Positions 1 through 9,616 of a DNA stretch of 64,000 bases are shown here, piece by piece; the first letter of the stretch is position 1; each line of letters opens with the position of its first letter. Below the pieces are notes generated by a model that saw nothing but the letters and a program-made list of their open reading frames with translations, was not told where the DNA came from and did no database searches. This stretch comes from Candidatus Aminicenantes bacterium. Lineage in GTDB: Bacteria; Acidobacteriota; Aminicenantia; Aminicenantales; UBA4085. The DNA lies in assembly GCA_963803915.1 (NCBI GenBank), contig CAWDOL010000006.1, forward strand, positions 131,150 through 195,149, given 5' to 3'. The translations under genes and the position numbers were made by a program.

Positions 1-290
1 TCGAGGTTTCGGGGCCGGCGGAGCTCCACATGGCGGTCGATCGTCGTTCCCGTGGCCATATTGGTCAGGACGAGGACGTAGATCGGGCGGCCCAGGCCGC
101 TCCGGCCGATCTCGAGGAGCTCGGACAGATGCGGATAGGCTGCCGCGACCTGCTTCAGGTAGGCGACGGTTCCCGTGTAGCCGTGATAGTCGTTGAAGGC
201 GAGAGGGACTTTTGAGGCGGCGGCTCCCGGAATGGCCAGGGCCAGGGCCAGGGCCAGGGCGACCGTAGCGACAAGGACGGGCTTTTTCAT
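1..290 (-). CDS. M14-family zinc carboxypeptidase, N-terminal part (gene continues past window start)
   Basis: Not in ORF track because it leaves the window. Reverse strand from ATG (cat 288-290): MKKPVLVATVALALALALAIPGAAASKVPLAFNDYHGYTGTVAYLKQVAAAYPHLSELLEIGRSGLGRPIYVLVLTN... This is a signal peptide plus the YP.L..L..IG.S..GR.I pattern typical of M14 N-termini. Confidence 0.6.
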   Translation of the reverse strand, partial: MKKPVLVATVALALALALAIPGAAASKVPLAFNDYHGYTGTVAYLKQVAAAYPHLSELLEIGRSGLGRPIYVLVLTNMATGTTIDRHVELRRPRNL

Positions 291-457
291 GGCATCCTTC
301 CTGCGATGGGCGTTGTCGCCCTTATATCACAGGCAAAAAATCCCGGTCAAACGCCGCCGGGCCGCTCCGTCCCGCCCGACTGACCCGATGGGGATATTGT
401 CTTCGGCTCAAGGTGTGGTACAATAGGCTCAAGATTCCATCGAACCGGGAGGTTCCC

Positions 458-1211
458 ATGAGCAAAAAGTTCCTTCTTCTGCTGGCCGGACTGGTTATCC
501 TGGTCGCCTCGGCTTCGGCCCAGATGCGCTCGGGCGAAGCCGCCATCTTCTTCCGCAGCGGCGACGTCATCATCGACCGCGTCGTCGACATCTCCAGCAC
601 CCGGCTGGTCCTTCAGACCGCCAACAGCGGGGAGTTCCAGCTGCGCGAAGTCTGGATGATCAACTATGTCAACGACAGCTGGGACTTCCCCGGCGAGCGC
701 GATCAGATCGAGACCAACGAGCACTACGTCTTCCTGAAGAACGGCGACGTCATCTCCGGCCGGATCACCGACTTCAGCTCGGAACGGTTCCTCTACCAGC
801 TTCAGACGGGCGACGAGATCGCCCCGGGCCGGATCCGCCGCATCTACTTCTCCAAGCGCGTTCCCGTCGGCCTGCAGGACCAGGGGGGCGAGGGCGCCGG
901 GGGCGGGGCGGTCGACATCGTCCCCGGCACCTACCGGGCCGTGTCCAACAACCGCAACGTCGAGCTGCGGCTCGATGACGGCGGCGTTGCGCGCCTGATG
1001 TTCAACGACGGCGGACAGCGGCGGACGATGAACGGCAACTGGAGCCTGAAGACGCGGCGAAGAGGCCATCGTCATCGTCAACGTCGGCTCCGGCCACCGA
1101 GCGCAAGAGATGACCTTCGGCCGCGACGGTCAGCTGCTGATCGGGATCGTCTACGACAAGGACCTGTCTCGGCGCCCTCCGCCTGCGTCGCCAATAGCTA
1201 TTCGACGATAA
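458..1211 (+). pseudogene. secreted hypothetical protein, reading frame broken near 1050-1060
   Basis: GGGAGG RBS then ATG at 458 and a signal peptide (MSKKFLLLLAGLVILVASASAQ). After ...NGNWSLK the ORF-track frame turns into Arg/His junk. The protein-like text continues in another frame (EEAIVIVNVGSGHRAQEMTFGRDGQLLIGIVYDKDL). The exact end is uncertain (1197 or 1211). Confidence 0.45.
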
Positions 1212-3570
1212 TCTCGTCGGCCATGAGCCAGGCTTTTCCGCCCGCGCCGCTGTGGCCGGGCGGGCATAGGCCGATGGACTTCGCCGTCACCCGGATGTAG
1301 CGGGCCCGCACGCCCGCCGCCTCGATCCGGATATCGCGGCGCAGGGGCTCGCCGTCGCCGTCACCCGGTTCGAACGCGGCGGGGGCGGCCAGCGGCTTGT
1401 AGCTCGTGCCGTCCAGGGAGACGGCCGCTTCGACCGCGCGCGGGAAAAAGATCCAGCTCGACGTGTTCCGGAGAAAGCCGATCGTTACGGCGCCGATCTT
1501 GCGCGCCCGGCCCAGGTCGATGACCGCATCGAGGTCGTCGGCCTCGAATCCCTGCCAGCGTCCGTCGGTATGGGACCGGCTGCCCAGGAGCCCGTCCTCA
1601 AGCCCCAGCGGTCCGCCTCCGGCGTAGCGCGGCTTGAAGGCGGCCCGCAGGCTGGGGCTGCGGCCGAGGGCCAAGTGGGAGCGGAACCGCGTCTCGCTGA
1701 CGGGACCGCGCCTTGAGCCGTTCTCAAACACGGCGGCTTTGATCACGGCCGAGGTCTTGATCGTCAGGGGCGTCTTGTAAGCGGCCGCGTCGGCCTTGGG
1801 GTCCGACCCGTCCGTGGTATAGCGGATGTCGGGCCGATGGGCTTCGCTGCTCATGGCCAGGGCCAAGCCGCCCTCCGCCGCGAGGGCGGGCTGGAGCTTG
1901 ACGGCAAAGAGGCTGCGGGCGTAGTGGATACCCAGCTTGTCGTAGCGGCGAAGCTGGACGTTCAAGCGGCGCAGGAAGTCGTCCCAGTCGCGGCCCGCAG
2001 CGCTCGTCCAGCCCGCTTCGGCCATGGCCGCGATGCGCGGGAAGGTCATGTACTCGGCGTGCGAAGGTGTCGCGACATATTCCGTCCAGAGATTGCCCTG
2101 GGCGCCGATGATGAAGCGGCCTGCCTCGGGCGTCAAGGCCGCCGGCACGGGCTCGAAGGCGTAGACCTTGCTCAGAGGCAGGAAGCCGCCGATGCCCGGC
2201 GGCTCGAGGGCCGGGTCGCCCTGGTAGTAGTCGAAGTAGCAGTTCGAGGTCGGGGTCATGACCACCGGATGGCCGGCCTGGGCGGCGGCGATGCCGCCCT
2301 CGATGCCGCGCCAGGACATGACCGCGGCGTTGGGCGCCAGGCCGCCTTCCAGGATCTCGTCCCAGCCGATCAGAGTCCGGCCCCGGGAGTTGAGGAAGGC
2401 CTCGATGCGCCGGATGAACTAGCTCTGCAGCTCCTCCTCGTTCTTCAGCCCGGCCGCCTTGATCCGGGCCTGGCATTGGGGACAGACCTTCCAGGTGGAC
2501 TTGTCCACTTCGTCGCCGCCGATGTGGATGATCTTGCTCGGGAAGCAGCTCGATCACTTCGCTCAGGACGTCTTCCAGAAAGGCGAACGTCTCATCGTTG
2601 CCCGGGCAGTAGACGTCGTTGATCGGCCAGACGCCGCCGGGCGGCACGGTGAAGGGGCCGCCGGTGCAGGAGAGCTGGGGATAGGCGGCCAGGGCGGACA
2701 GGCAATGGCCGGGCATCTCGATCTCCGGGACCACGGTGATGTGCCGGCTCTCGGCGTAGGCCACGATCTCGCGGATGTCGTTCTGGGTGTAGAAGCCGCC
2801 TAGGTGGCCTTGTCGCCCGGTCCCTGAGGCGGCCGGCTGTTCCAGTGCTTGTCCTCGCGGTCGACCCGCCAGGCGCCGACCTCGGTCAGCCGGGGGTACT
2901 TCTTGATTTCGATCCGCCAGCCCTGGTCGTCCGTCAGGTGCCAGTGGAAGGTGTTCATCTTGTGCAGGGCCAGGTAGTCGAGATAGCGCTTGACGAACTC
3001 CTTGGGGAAGAAATGTCGCGAGACGTCAAGCAGCATGCCGCGCCAGGGCAGGCGGGGCTTGTCCTCGACCTTGACGCAAGGCAGGACGGCGGCGCCGCCC
3101 GCGGTGCCGGCCGCGCCGAAGGCCGCGGGGGGAAGAAGCTGGAGCAGCGTCTGGACGCCGTAGAACATTCCGGCCGCTTCCGGAGCGTCGATGGCGACGG
3201 CGGCGGGAGTGACCGAAAGGGCATAGCCCTCGGCCCCGAGATCTTTGCTCCCGGCGCGCCGAATCATGATCAGACCCTGCGCCTCGACGGGCGGCGCGGC
3301 CGAGACCGGGACGTCGAGCCCGAAGGCCGCGCGGAGGCGCTCGGCCAGGTAGCGGCCGGCGGACTCGGCCGGAAGGTCGCCCGCGGGCACCGCGATGCGG
3401 GAAGCCGAGGTGATGAGGAAGGAGCCGGACTGGCGGACGACCGAGACCGGCTTGGGGACAATGGAGATCTCCAAGCTCTGGGCCGGGACTTCGACCGGTC
3501 GCGGGCTTGCGCAAGCGGCAGCCAGTCCGAGAACGAGAAGGATGAGGGCGGGGGCGGATTTCGCGTTCAT
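1198..3570 (-). pseudogene. GH20 beta-N-acetylhexosaminidase with C-terminal F5/8-type-C (discoidin) domain; 2 frameshifts plus 1 in-frame TAG
   Basis: Start MNAKSAPALILLVLGLAAACAS (RBS GGAAAGGAG). GH20 motifs are present: RGMLLDVSRHFF, MNTFHWHLTDDQGWRIEIKKYP, GGFYTQNDIREIVAYAESRHITVVPEIEMPGH, KIIHIGGDEV. The frame breaks at 2800-2802 (GDKAT-ta-GGFYTQ, expected TAY Tyr codon) and at ~2538. A TAG at 2419-2421 sits where LQS-Y-FIRRIE is expected. Fragments: 2800-3570, ~2540-2790, 1198-2540. Confidence 0.85.
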
Positions 3571-3650
3571 GAAGGCTCCTTTCCCGCCGTCTTTATAACA
3601 CAAGTTCGGGAAGGTCGACCATCCGGAGTTTGGGGTAGAATGGTCGCATG

Positions 3651-4430
3651 GTGCGTCCTGACGCGATGAACGAGGAAGCCGGATGAAGGCCGAGCCGGGA
3701 GTCGCACGCCGCATCGTTCCAGCGGGTGGAAGTCCCGCCCGGGTAAGCGCCGGAGCACCCGGTAGCAGGCCACCGGCGACGGTCGAGAGGCCGCTCGCCG
3801 AAGCGTGGCGTCAAAAGCCTCTGCGGAGGGAGCAAGCCGACGGGCCGCAACATCAAGTGAACCTTGCAGCCTCGACACATTTACAATGGGGAAGCCGAGC
3901 CGCTCATGTCACGGCGAAGGCCACGTCCGCTGCGCGGGAGACCGGAGAGGGAAGCGCGGCGGGTTCCCCCGGGGTAGAGAGGGCGGCACGCGGGCAAGGA
4001 ACGGTGGGGAACAGGAGAGACCCGTCTGGGCGGTTCGAGTCGGGACAAGGCGAGCCGTATAAGCCGAAGGCGAAGTCGGCCGCTGCCCAGCGGGGGTCCG
4101 AGGGGGTCATAGTACCGAGGATGACCGTGCAACAGAACGCGGTCGGAGGGAAGGACCCCTGGGGCCGTTGTGGCAGTCGCGGAGGTAAGCGCGAGGGCAT
4201 GACCGGCAAGACCGGATCCAACAACCCCAGCGGGCGAAAACCCGTTGAAAAAGTGCGAGGACTCCAACGCTGCCTGTATGTCGCGGCCAAGCGGCAACCG
4301 GGACGCCGTTTTCATGCGTTATTCGACCGCATCTGCCGGGGTGACGTCCTGCAGGAGGCATGGAAGCGGGTCAAGCGGAACAAGGGCGCGGCGGGCGTCG
4401 ATGCCCAGACGCTGGCCGACGCGAAGCCGT
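3651..4430 (+). mobile_element. group II intron, 5' fragment (ribozyme 5' domains plus first ~75 codons of the intron-encoded RT/maturase); 3' part deleted
   Basis: Starts with the canonical GTGCG at 3651. About 550 nt of GC-rich structured non-coding sequence follows. Then ATG 4199: MTGKTGSNNPSGRKPVEKVRGLQRCLYVAAKRQPGRRFHALFDRICRGDVLQEAWKRVKRNKGAAGVDAQTLADA, the typical N-terminus of group II intron IEPs. Similarity stops at ~4425, before RT motifs 1-7. Confidence 0.7.
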
Positions 4431-4469
4431 TGGCTCGCCCGCTCCGCGTGCTGATTCTTCTGCCGCCAC

Positions 4470-5830
4470 GCTGTCGGCGGAAACCATCGGGCCGGGCTTG
4501 ACGGCCCGCTTCCGTCTGTTCGGGTCCCTCTACACCGGCGAAAACGCCGCTTTCCACGCCTTTCGAACGCACCAGGCCGGCGGCCTGGGTCCCACCTACG
4601 CCGATCTTGCGTTAGGCGGCGCCTGGTGGCTGACTCCCAAGATCGAATCGGCTTGCGGACCGAGGCGCGCTGGTACCCGAACGGGATTTCGGCGGGGGAC
4701 GACGTGCCCGCCTATGCGCTCGACTACGACGTCCTCGGCTCCGCGTCGGACCGAATTCCGGCTCTCGGAAGCCTGGCTCCGGCTGGCCGGCGTCATGGGC
4801 CGACGGCTTGACCTCAAGTTCGGGAGGCAGCGGATACGGTGGGGCGCGTCCTCCGGCTGGGGCGTTCTCGACGACCTGAACCCGGTCGATTTCGCGCGCC
4901 TCCTGACGTTCGACCCGGCCTCGTGGACCGAGCGCCGGCCGCAGTGGTCGGCCGCGCTGGAGTGGAGGCGCGATGGGTCTTGCGTCCAACTGGTCTGGCT
5001 TTGGGAGCGATCCGAGTCCCCTCTGCCGCGCGGCTTCGTCTATCTCCTGATGGGCAGCAAGCAGGGCCCGAAGATCGAGCTCCAGCCCGCCTCGGAGCGG
5101 GAGGATTGGGGCGGGCCGAGCTTCGGGCTTCGCTGGCGCGTCGCGCCGGGGGCCGTCGCGTTCTCGCTGTCCTACTACCGCGGCAGCTACGCCCTTCCCG
5201 TCCTCGACGGCTGGGCTTTCGATTTCGGTCCGACCAGCCGGTTTCTCTACGCCCGCCAATCGGTGCTGGGCGCCGACGGCGAGGCCGAGGCTGGGGCCGG
5301 TCCGTCTGTGGGCCGAAGCCGGGCTCATCCTGCCCGAGGCCCGCTCCGGGCATCTGGAGTACCTCGGCTGGAACGGCACGACGTATGGCCCTTTGCGGTA
5401 CGCATTTCCGCTCTTCGAGAAAACGGCTTGGAAATATGCCGCGGGGATCGACCTCCGGCTGCCGTGGCTGGAAGCCGGAGCGGGCTTCCTGCGCGGCCTC
5501 TTCGACGAATTCCCCTTCTCGGCCGAGGCGCTGGACGCTTTCGGGAATTACGGTCGCGAGTTCTTCGGGCCCTTGTCAAGCTATCTCACGGGCCGGCTTG
5601 CCCTCGGCGCCGTCTCCTGGCCGGTCCGCTTCCGGACGGAGGCCTTGTGGGAGTTAGGCGAGATTCCCGGCGCGCTTATTCTGCTGCCCCGCCTGGAAGC
5701 CCGACTCGGCCGACGCATCGAGCTGCAAGCCGGCGCCCGGCTGGTCCTTGCATCCGTCGGGGCCGCCCCGAAATTCGGCCTCTTCCGCTCCGACGATGCG
5801 CTCTATGCCTCTCTGGCGCTCGGGCTTTAA
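4470..5830 (+). pseudogene. outer-membrane beta-barrel (porin-like) gene remnant, 5'-truncated and multiply frameshifted
   Basis: Protein-like text is spread over three frames: FRLFGSLYTGENAAFHAF..., RIGLRTEARWYPNG..., EFRLSEAWLRLAGVMGRRLDLKFGRQRIRWGASSGWGVLDDLNPVDF..., and a C-terminal piece 5393-5830 ending ...ALYASLALGL. It shows an alternating beta-strand pattern and has no signal peptide or start. It abuts the intron fragment. Confidence 0.4.
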
Positions 5831-5870
5831 GCCTGGCCGACGCTCACCGGCCGGCTCGCGGCAATGAGAT

Positions 5871-6048
5871 GGGGGACACCATACGCAATTCCCGATCTCG
5901 ATCCGTGTACTTTGGTAGCCAATTCGTAGATATTTGTTGTCAAAGGAGGGAAGACCCTGTCTGACGATGGGGGGCGGCATAAACCAATGGTCTTGTGGTG
6001 TTAACGTTTGTTGACAAAACAATTAGGGAGTTATGTATGGTGTCCCCC
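5871..6048 (+). mobile_element. MITE-like element, copy 1 (178 bp, ~27-bp terminal inverted repeats)
   Basis: Left end GGGGGACACCATACGCAATTCCCGA. Right end, reverse-complemented, GGGGGACACCATACATAACTCCCTA. The interior is low-GC and non-coding. It belongs to the same family as 9418-9597 and shares the flanks GAGAT / AATT. Confidence 0.6.
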
Positions 6049-6068
6049 AATTCTTGAAACTCGGCCTC

Positions 6069-6893
6069 TTATGCACCGACGACACGGTCTTCGCCGCTTT
6101 CGCAGTGGGGCTTTAGGCCTGGGCCGGAGCCGGCAGGCGGCCTTGGGTCCGCTCCCGGCAGATGCAGGGCGCCAGCTCGGGCCCAGCTCTCGTCCTCGCT
6201 CATCTCGACGGGCAGGAAGTCGCGCTTGACGGCGCCGTCCTCGATCTCGACGACCCGGTCGCAGCCGGCCGCGATGTGGCGGTCGTGGGTGACGATGATG
6301 AAGGTCGTCTTGAGGTCCCGGTTGATGTCCCGCAGCAGGCCCTTGACCGCCTCGCTGGTCTCGGTGTCCAGGTTGCCCGTGGGCTCGTCGGCCAGGATGA
6401 TGCGGGGCTGGTTGATGAGCGAGCGGGCGATGGCCACCCGCTGCTGCTCGCCGCCCGAGAGGTTGTTGGCCCGGTTGCCCATGCGCGGCGCCGACGCCGA
6501 CCCGCTCGATAAGCTCCTTGGCCCGCTTGACAGCGGCGGCGTCGGCCCGGCCGTGCCGGATGCGGTAGGGGAGGAGGACGTTCTCCAGGGCGTTGAACTC
6601 GGGCAGCAGGTGATGGAACTGGAAGATGAAGCCCAGGGTCCGGCTGCGGAACTCGGCCAGGGCGTCGTCGTCGGCGGCGAAGAGGTCGCGGCCGTCGAAG
6701 CTCATGGCGCCCGACGTGGGCCGGTCCAGCGTCCCGATGATGTTGAGCAGGGTGCTCTTGCCCGAGCCCGAGCGGCCGATGATGGCCATGTACTCGCCGG
6801 CCTGACGGTCAGGCTGATGCCGCGGAGCGCCACGGTCTGGACGGCCGTGCCGTAGACCTTGCGCGATGCCGTCGCAGCACCAGGTCAGCCATT
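6069..6893 (-). pseudogene. ABC transporter ATP-binding protein (MacB/LolD type), frameshifted
   Basis: Walker A GRSGSGKSTLLN, Q-loop/[18 protein letters not shown], signature [15 protein letters not shown], Walker [12 protein letters not shown] and H-loop VTHD are all present. They are split over at least 3 frames (breaks near 6480 and 6800-6850). The ATG at 6893 overlaps the permease stop. Confidence 0.85.
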
Positions 6894-8114
6894 GCGGATC
6901 ACCTCGATCGGATTGAGCCGCGCCGCCCGGCGGGCGGGCACGAAGGCGGCCAGGGTGCCGGCCAGGGTGGCGATGGCCACGGACAGGACCACGGCCCCGA
7001 GCTCGACGGGGATCGAGGTCAGGCTGGCCGCCCGGTTGGCCTTCTGGATCGAGACGAACATCTCGATCAGGCCCCAGCCGGCCAGGCTGCCGAGCGAGCG
7101 ATCCGATGAAGCCCAGGACGGCGCCCTGGATGATGAAGATGCGGCCGACCTGGCGGGTCTTCATGCCCAGGGCCTTGAGGATGCCGATCTGGCGCGAGCG
7201 CTGGACGACGGAAATGGCCAGGACCGAGGCGATGGCCAGGGTGACCGAGAGCAGGACGAAGAGCTGGATGATATAGGAGGACGAGCCCTGGCCTTGCAGG
7301 GCGGCCAGGAGCTGGGCGTTGGTCTCCTGCCAGCTCAGCCACTTCAGGGCGGGGAAGCTCCGCCGCAGGCTCGGCCGCCCAGTGAGGCGGCCGTGAAGAC
7401 GTCGGGCACCTGGAGCTCCAGCTGGGTCAGGCCCCGGTCGAGCCCGAACAGGATCTGGGCCCGGTTCAGGGAGATGACGATCCAGCTCTCGTTGAGGGCC
7501 TGGTTCTCCAGGTCGAAGACGCCGTTGATCGGGAAGAGGTCGGCGGCACCGCCGGGCACGGTGATGCGGAGGGATGCCCCGACACCGGTCCGGAGCTTGT
7601 CGGCCAGCTCGCGGCCGATCAGGATGCCGTTGCCGCCGACCTCGTAGCGGCCGGCGACGAGCCGGCGGCGGATGTCGTAGAGGGCGTCGGCCCGCTCCAG
7701 GTCGAAGCCGCGCAGAATGACCGGCAGCGACTTCGTCGCCTTGCAGGATGAAGCCCGAGCCCTGGGCCACCGGGATTGACGACCTTGAAGGCGCCCAGCT
7801 TGGCCAGCTGGGCTGTCGATCGGCTCCCAGTTGCGGATGGGCTTGACGCTGCCTTCGTTGGTCACGATCCGCGACAGGACCGGCCGGCCGTCCGTCGGAG
7901 ACGTAGGCGGACGGCCGGCACGGCGTCGGGCATGGAGGCCGTGATGTGCGGCGAGCGGCCGACCGTGTCCTCGACCAGGCTGCGCTGCAGGTCGACGATC
8001 AGGGCAGTTGAGGAAGACCTGGACGGCGATGCCCAGGGTGATGCCGATCAGGATGAGGGCGGTCTGCGACTTGCCCTCTTTCAGGAAGCGGAAGGCGACG
8101 GAGAGGTTGAACAT
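6885..8114 (-). pseudogene. ABC transporter permease, FtsX/MacB/LolE family, multiply frameshifted
   Basis: N-terminus MFNLSVAFRFLKEGKSQTALILIGITLGIAVQVFLN. Periplasmic domain text (...ILRGFDLERADALYDIRRRLVAGRYEVGGNGILIGRELADKL...). FtsX C-terminus (SSYIIQLFVLLSVTLAIASVLAISVVQRSRQIGILKALGMKTRQVGRIFIIQGAVLGFIGS ... ARRAARLNPIEVIRNG). These parts lie in at least 4 different frames. Confidence 0.8.
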
Positions 8115-8115
8115 G

Positions 8116-9320
8116 GTCAGGCCGCCGGGACGGGCTTGATCCGGGCGCCGTCCTTGAGGCCTTGCGGCAGCAGGATCCGATCGCCCGTCCTTCAGGCCCT
8201 CGCCGGACGCCGAACAGGCCGTTGCCGAGGTCCTCCGCTCGTACGGCCGATTCGGCGGGCCCGCCCGCCGACGGCGGTGAAGACGAAGGCCGCGGCGCCC
8301 TCGCGGATGAGAAAGCGCTGCTCGAGCAGGAGCGCGGCCTTGGACTCGCCGACCACGACTTGGACCGAGACCGAGGACTCCGGCAGGAGCTCCTCGTGGA
8401 CGGCCGTCCAGCATCAGCCGCAAGGCAAACGTCCCGCGCTGGGTATCGACGATCGAGGCGATCCGCTCGACGGCCGCCGGGTAGGTTCGGCCGGGATAGG
8501 CGGGGGAGGTGACCACGGCGTTCTGGCCGAGGGCCAGCCGGCCCAGGCTGGCTTCCTCCACCTGGATCTCGACGTACGTCCGGGGCGAGGCCGGGATGAA
8601 GGTGATGACCTTCTGGCCGCTGCGTCACGAACTCGCCTTTGTGGGCCACGTGCTCCACGATCCGGCCGTCGAAGGGGGCGCGCAAGACGGTCTGGCCGAG
8701 GTCGATCTCGGCCCGGCGCAGCGTCATTTTCGGCCTGGGTCACCTGGAGCTCGGCCAGGGTCTTGAGGGTCGTCTCGAGCGAACGCAGCTGATTGGCGGC
8801 CGATTCGAGCGCCGCCTCGGCCAGCTCCTTGTCCCTTTTGGCCTGGTCGAACTGGAGCTGGGGGATGGTTTTCTGGGCCAGAAGCTCGGTCTGCCGGCTG
8901 AAGAAGTCCGAGGCGATAGGCGGCCGTGGCCTTGGCCTGGCGGACCTTCTGCTGCTGGTCGCGAAGGTCCACCGAGGCCTGCTTCTCCAGGTTCAGGCGG
9001 GCTACGGCGAGTGATGTCCGGCGCTGGGCCAGGGTGCCTCTTCGACGGCGCTCTCCTGCCGCATGAGCGGCTGACCGGCCTTGACGCGCGCCCCGTCCGC
9101 GGTCAGCTCCTCGGCGATTCGGCCGGCCCGGTTGAAGGAAAGGGGGATGGTCTTCTCGCCCACCACCCGGCCCGTCGCCAGGACGGTCTCGACGGCGTCC
9201 TTGGCCGTCTAGGACGACATAGGCGGCCCTGGTCCGCTTGAAGGACCCGGCCGCGAAGACCGCCAGGAGCAGGGCGCCCAGGATGATGACGATCCAGATC
9301 GATTTTTTGCTGCGGGCCAT
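8116..9320 (-). pseudogene. HlyD/MacA-family periplasmic adaptor (membrane fusion protein), heavily frameshifted
   Basis: MARSKKSIWIVIILGALLLAVFAAG anchor. Then barrel-sandwich, coiled-coil and beta-barrel text appears piecewise: TAKDAVETVLATGRVVGEKTIPLSFNRAGRIAEELTADGARVKAGQPLM, LNLEKQASVDLRDQQQKVRQAK, TELLAQKTIPQLQFDQAKRDKELAEAALESA, MTLRRAEIDLGQTVLRAPFDGRIVEHVAHKGEFV, VEEASLGRLALGQNAVVTSPAYPGRTYPAAVERIASIVDTQRGTF. Frame changes occur roughly every 100-200 bp. Confidence 0.75.
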
Positions 9321-9417
9321 GCCCCTTCTTCCTTCTCCGGTTGGATGGAGTCTCTTGTTTAAAGTCTATCGGGAATAAGTATTTTATCAGATGCGCCTCT
9401 CCTGCGCAACCGGAGAT

Positions 9418-9597
9418 GGGGGACACCATACATAATTCCCGAATACGGGTGGACAACGTAGGTGGTCAATTTGACGACTTTTGTAGACGGCGAAACGATG
9501 ACTAATCCTGTTATCATGGGGCGAAGCAATACCGGACGGCGTTTCTGTGTAAAATTTAGTTTACAAATGAATTCGGGAATTATGTATGGTGTCCCCC
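9418..9597 (+). mobile_element. MITE-like element, copy 2 (180 bp)
   Basis: Left end GGGGGACACCATACATAATTCCCGAAT. Right end ATTCGGGAATTATGTATGGTGTCCCCC, a near-perfect TIR. Same orientation and same GAGAT/AATT flanks as copy 1. The interior is AT-rich and only partly similar to copy 1. Confidence 0.65.
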
Positions 9598-9616
9598 AAT
9601 TATCTATAATGGATAG

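Noticed and set aside
234-257. (GGCCAG)x4 hexanucleotide tandem repeat
   Set aside because: It is in frame and encodes the ALALALAL hydrophobic core of the M14 signal peptide. It is possibly slippage-prone, but there is no evidence of phase variation or any other function.
2419-2421. In-frame TAG in GH20 as possible stop-codon reassignment or programmed readthrough
   Set aside because: TAG is used as an ordinary terminator by many intact genes here, for example at 12760-12762, 14398-14400, 16041-16043, 17315-17317 and 17666-17668. The same gene also carries two frameshifts, so a plain nonsense lesion or base error is more parsimonious.
3683-4501. 272-aa ORF spanning the intron fragment
   Set aside because: It reads through group II intron ribozyme RNA and then the in-frame IEP N-terminus. 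Only the last ~75 codons before ~4425 are protein-like, so it is not a gene.
6031-7770. 579-aa ORF covering the ABC ATPase and permease
   Set aside because: It is a chimera of frames. Only short internal stretches (the Walker A region and the FtsX helices) are genuine, and the rest is out-of-frame Arg/Pro-rich text. It was replaced by the two frameshifted gene models.
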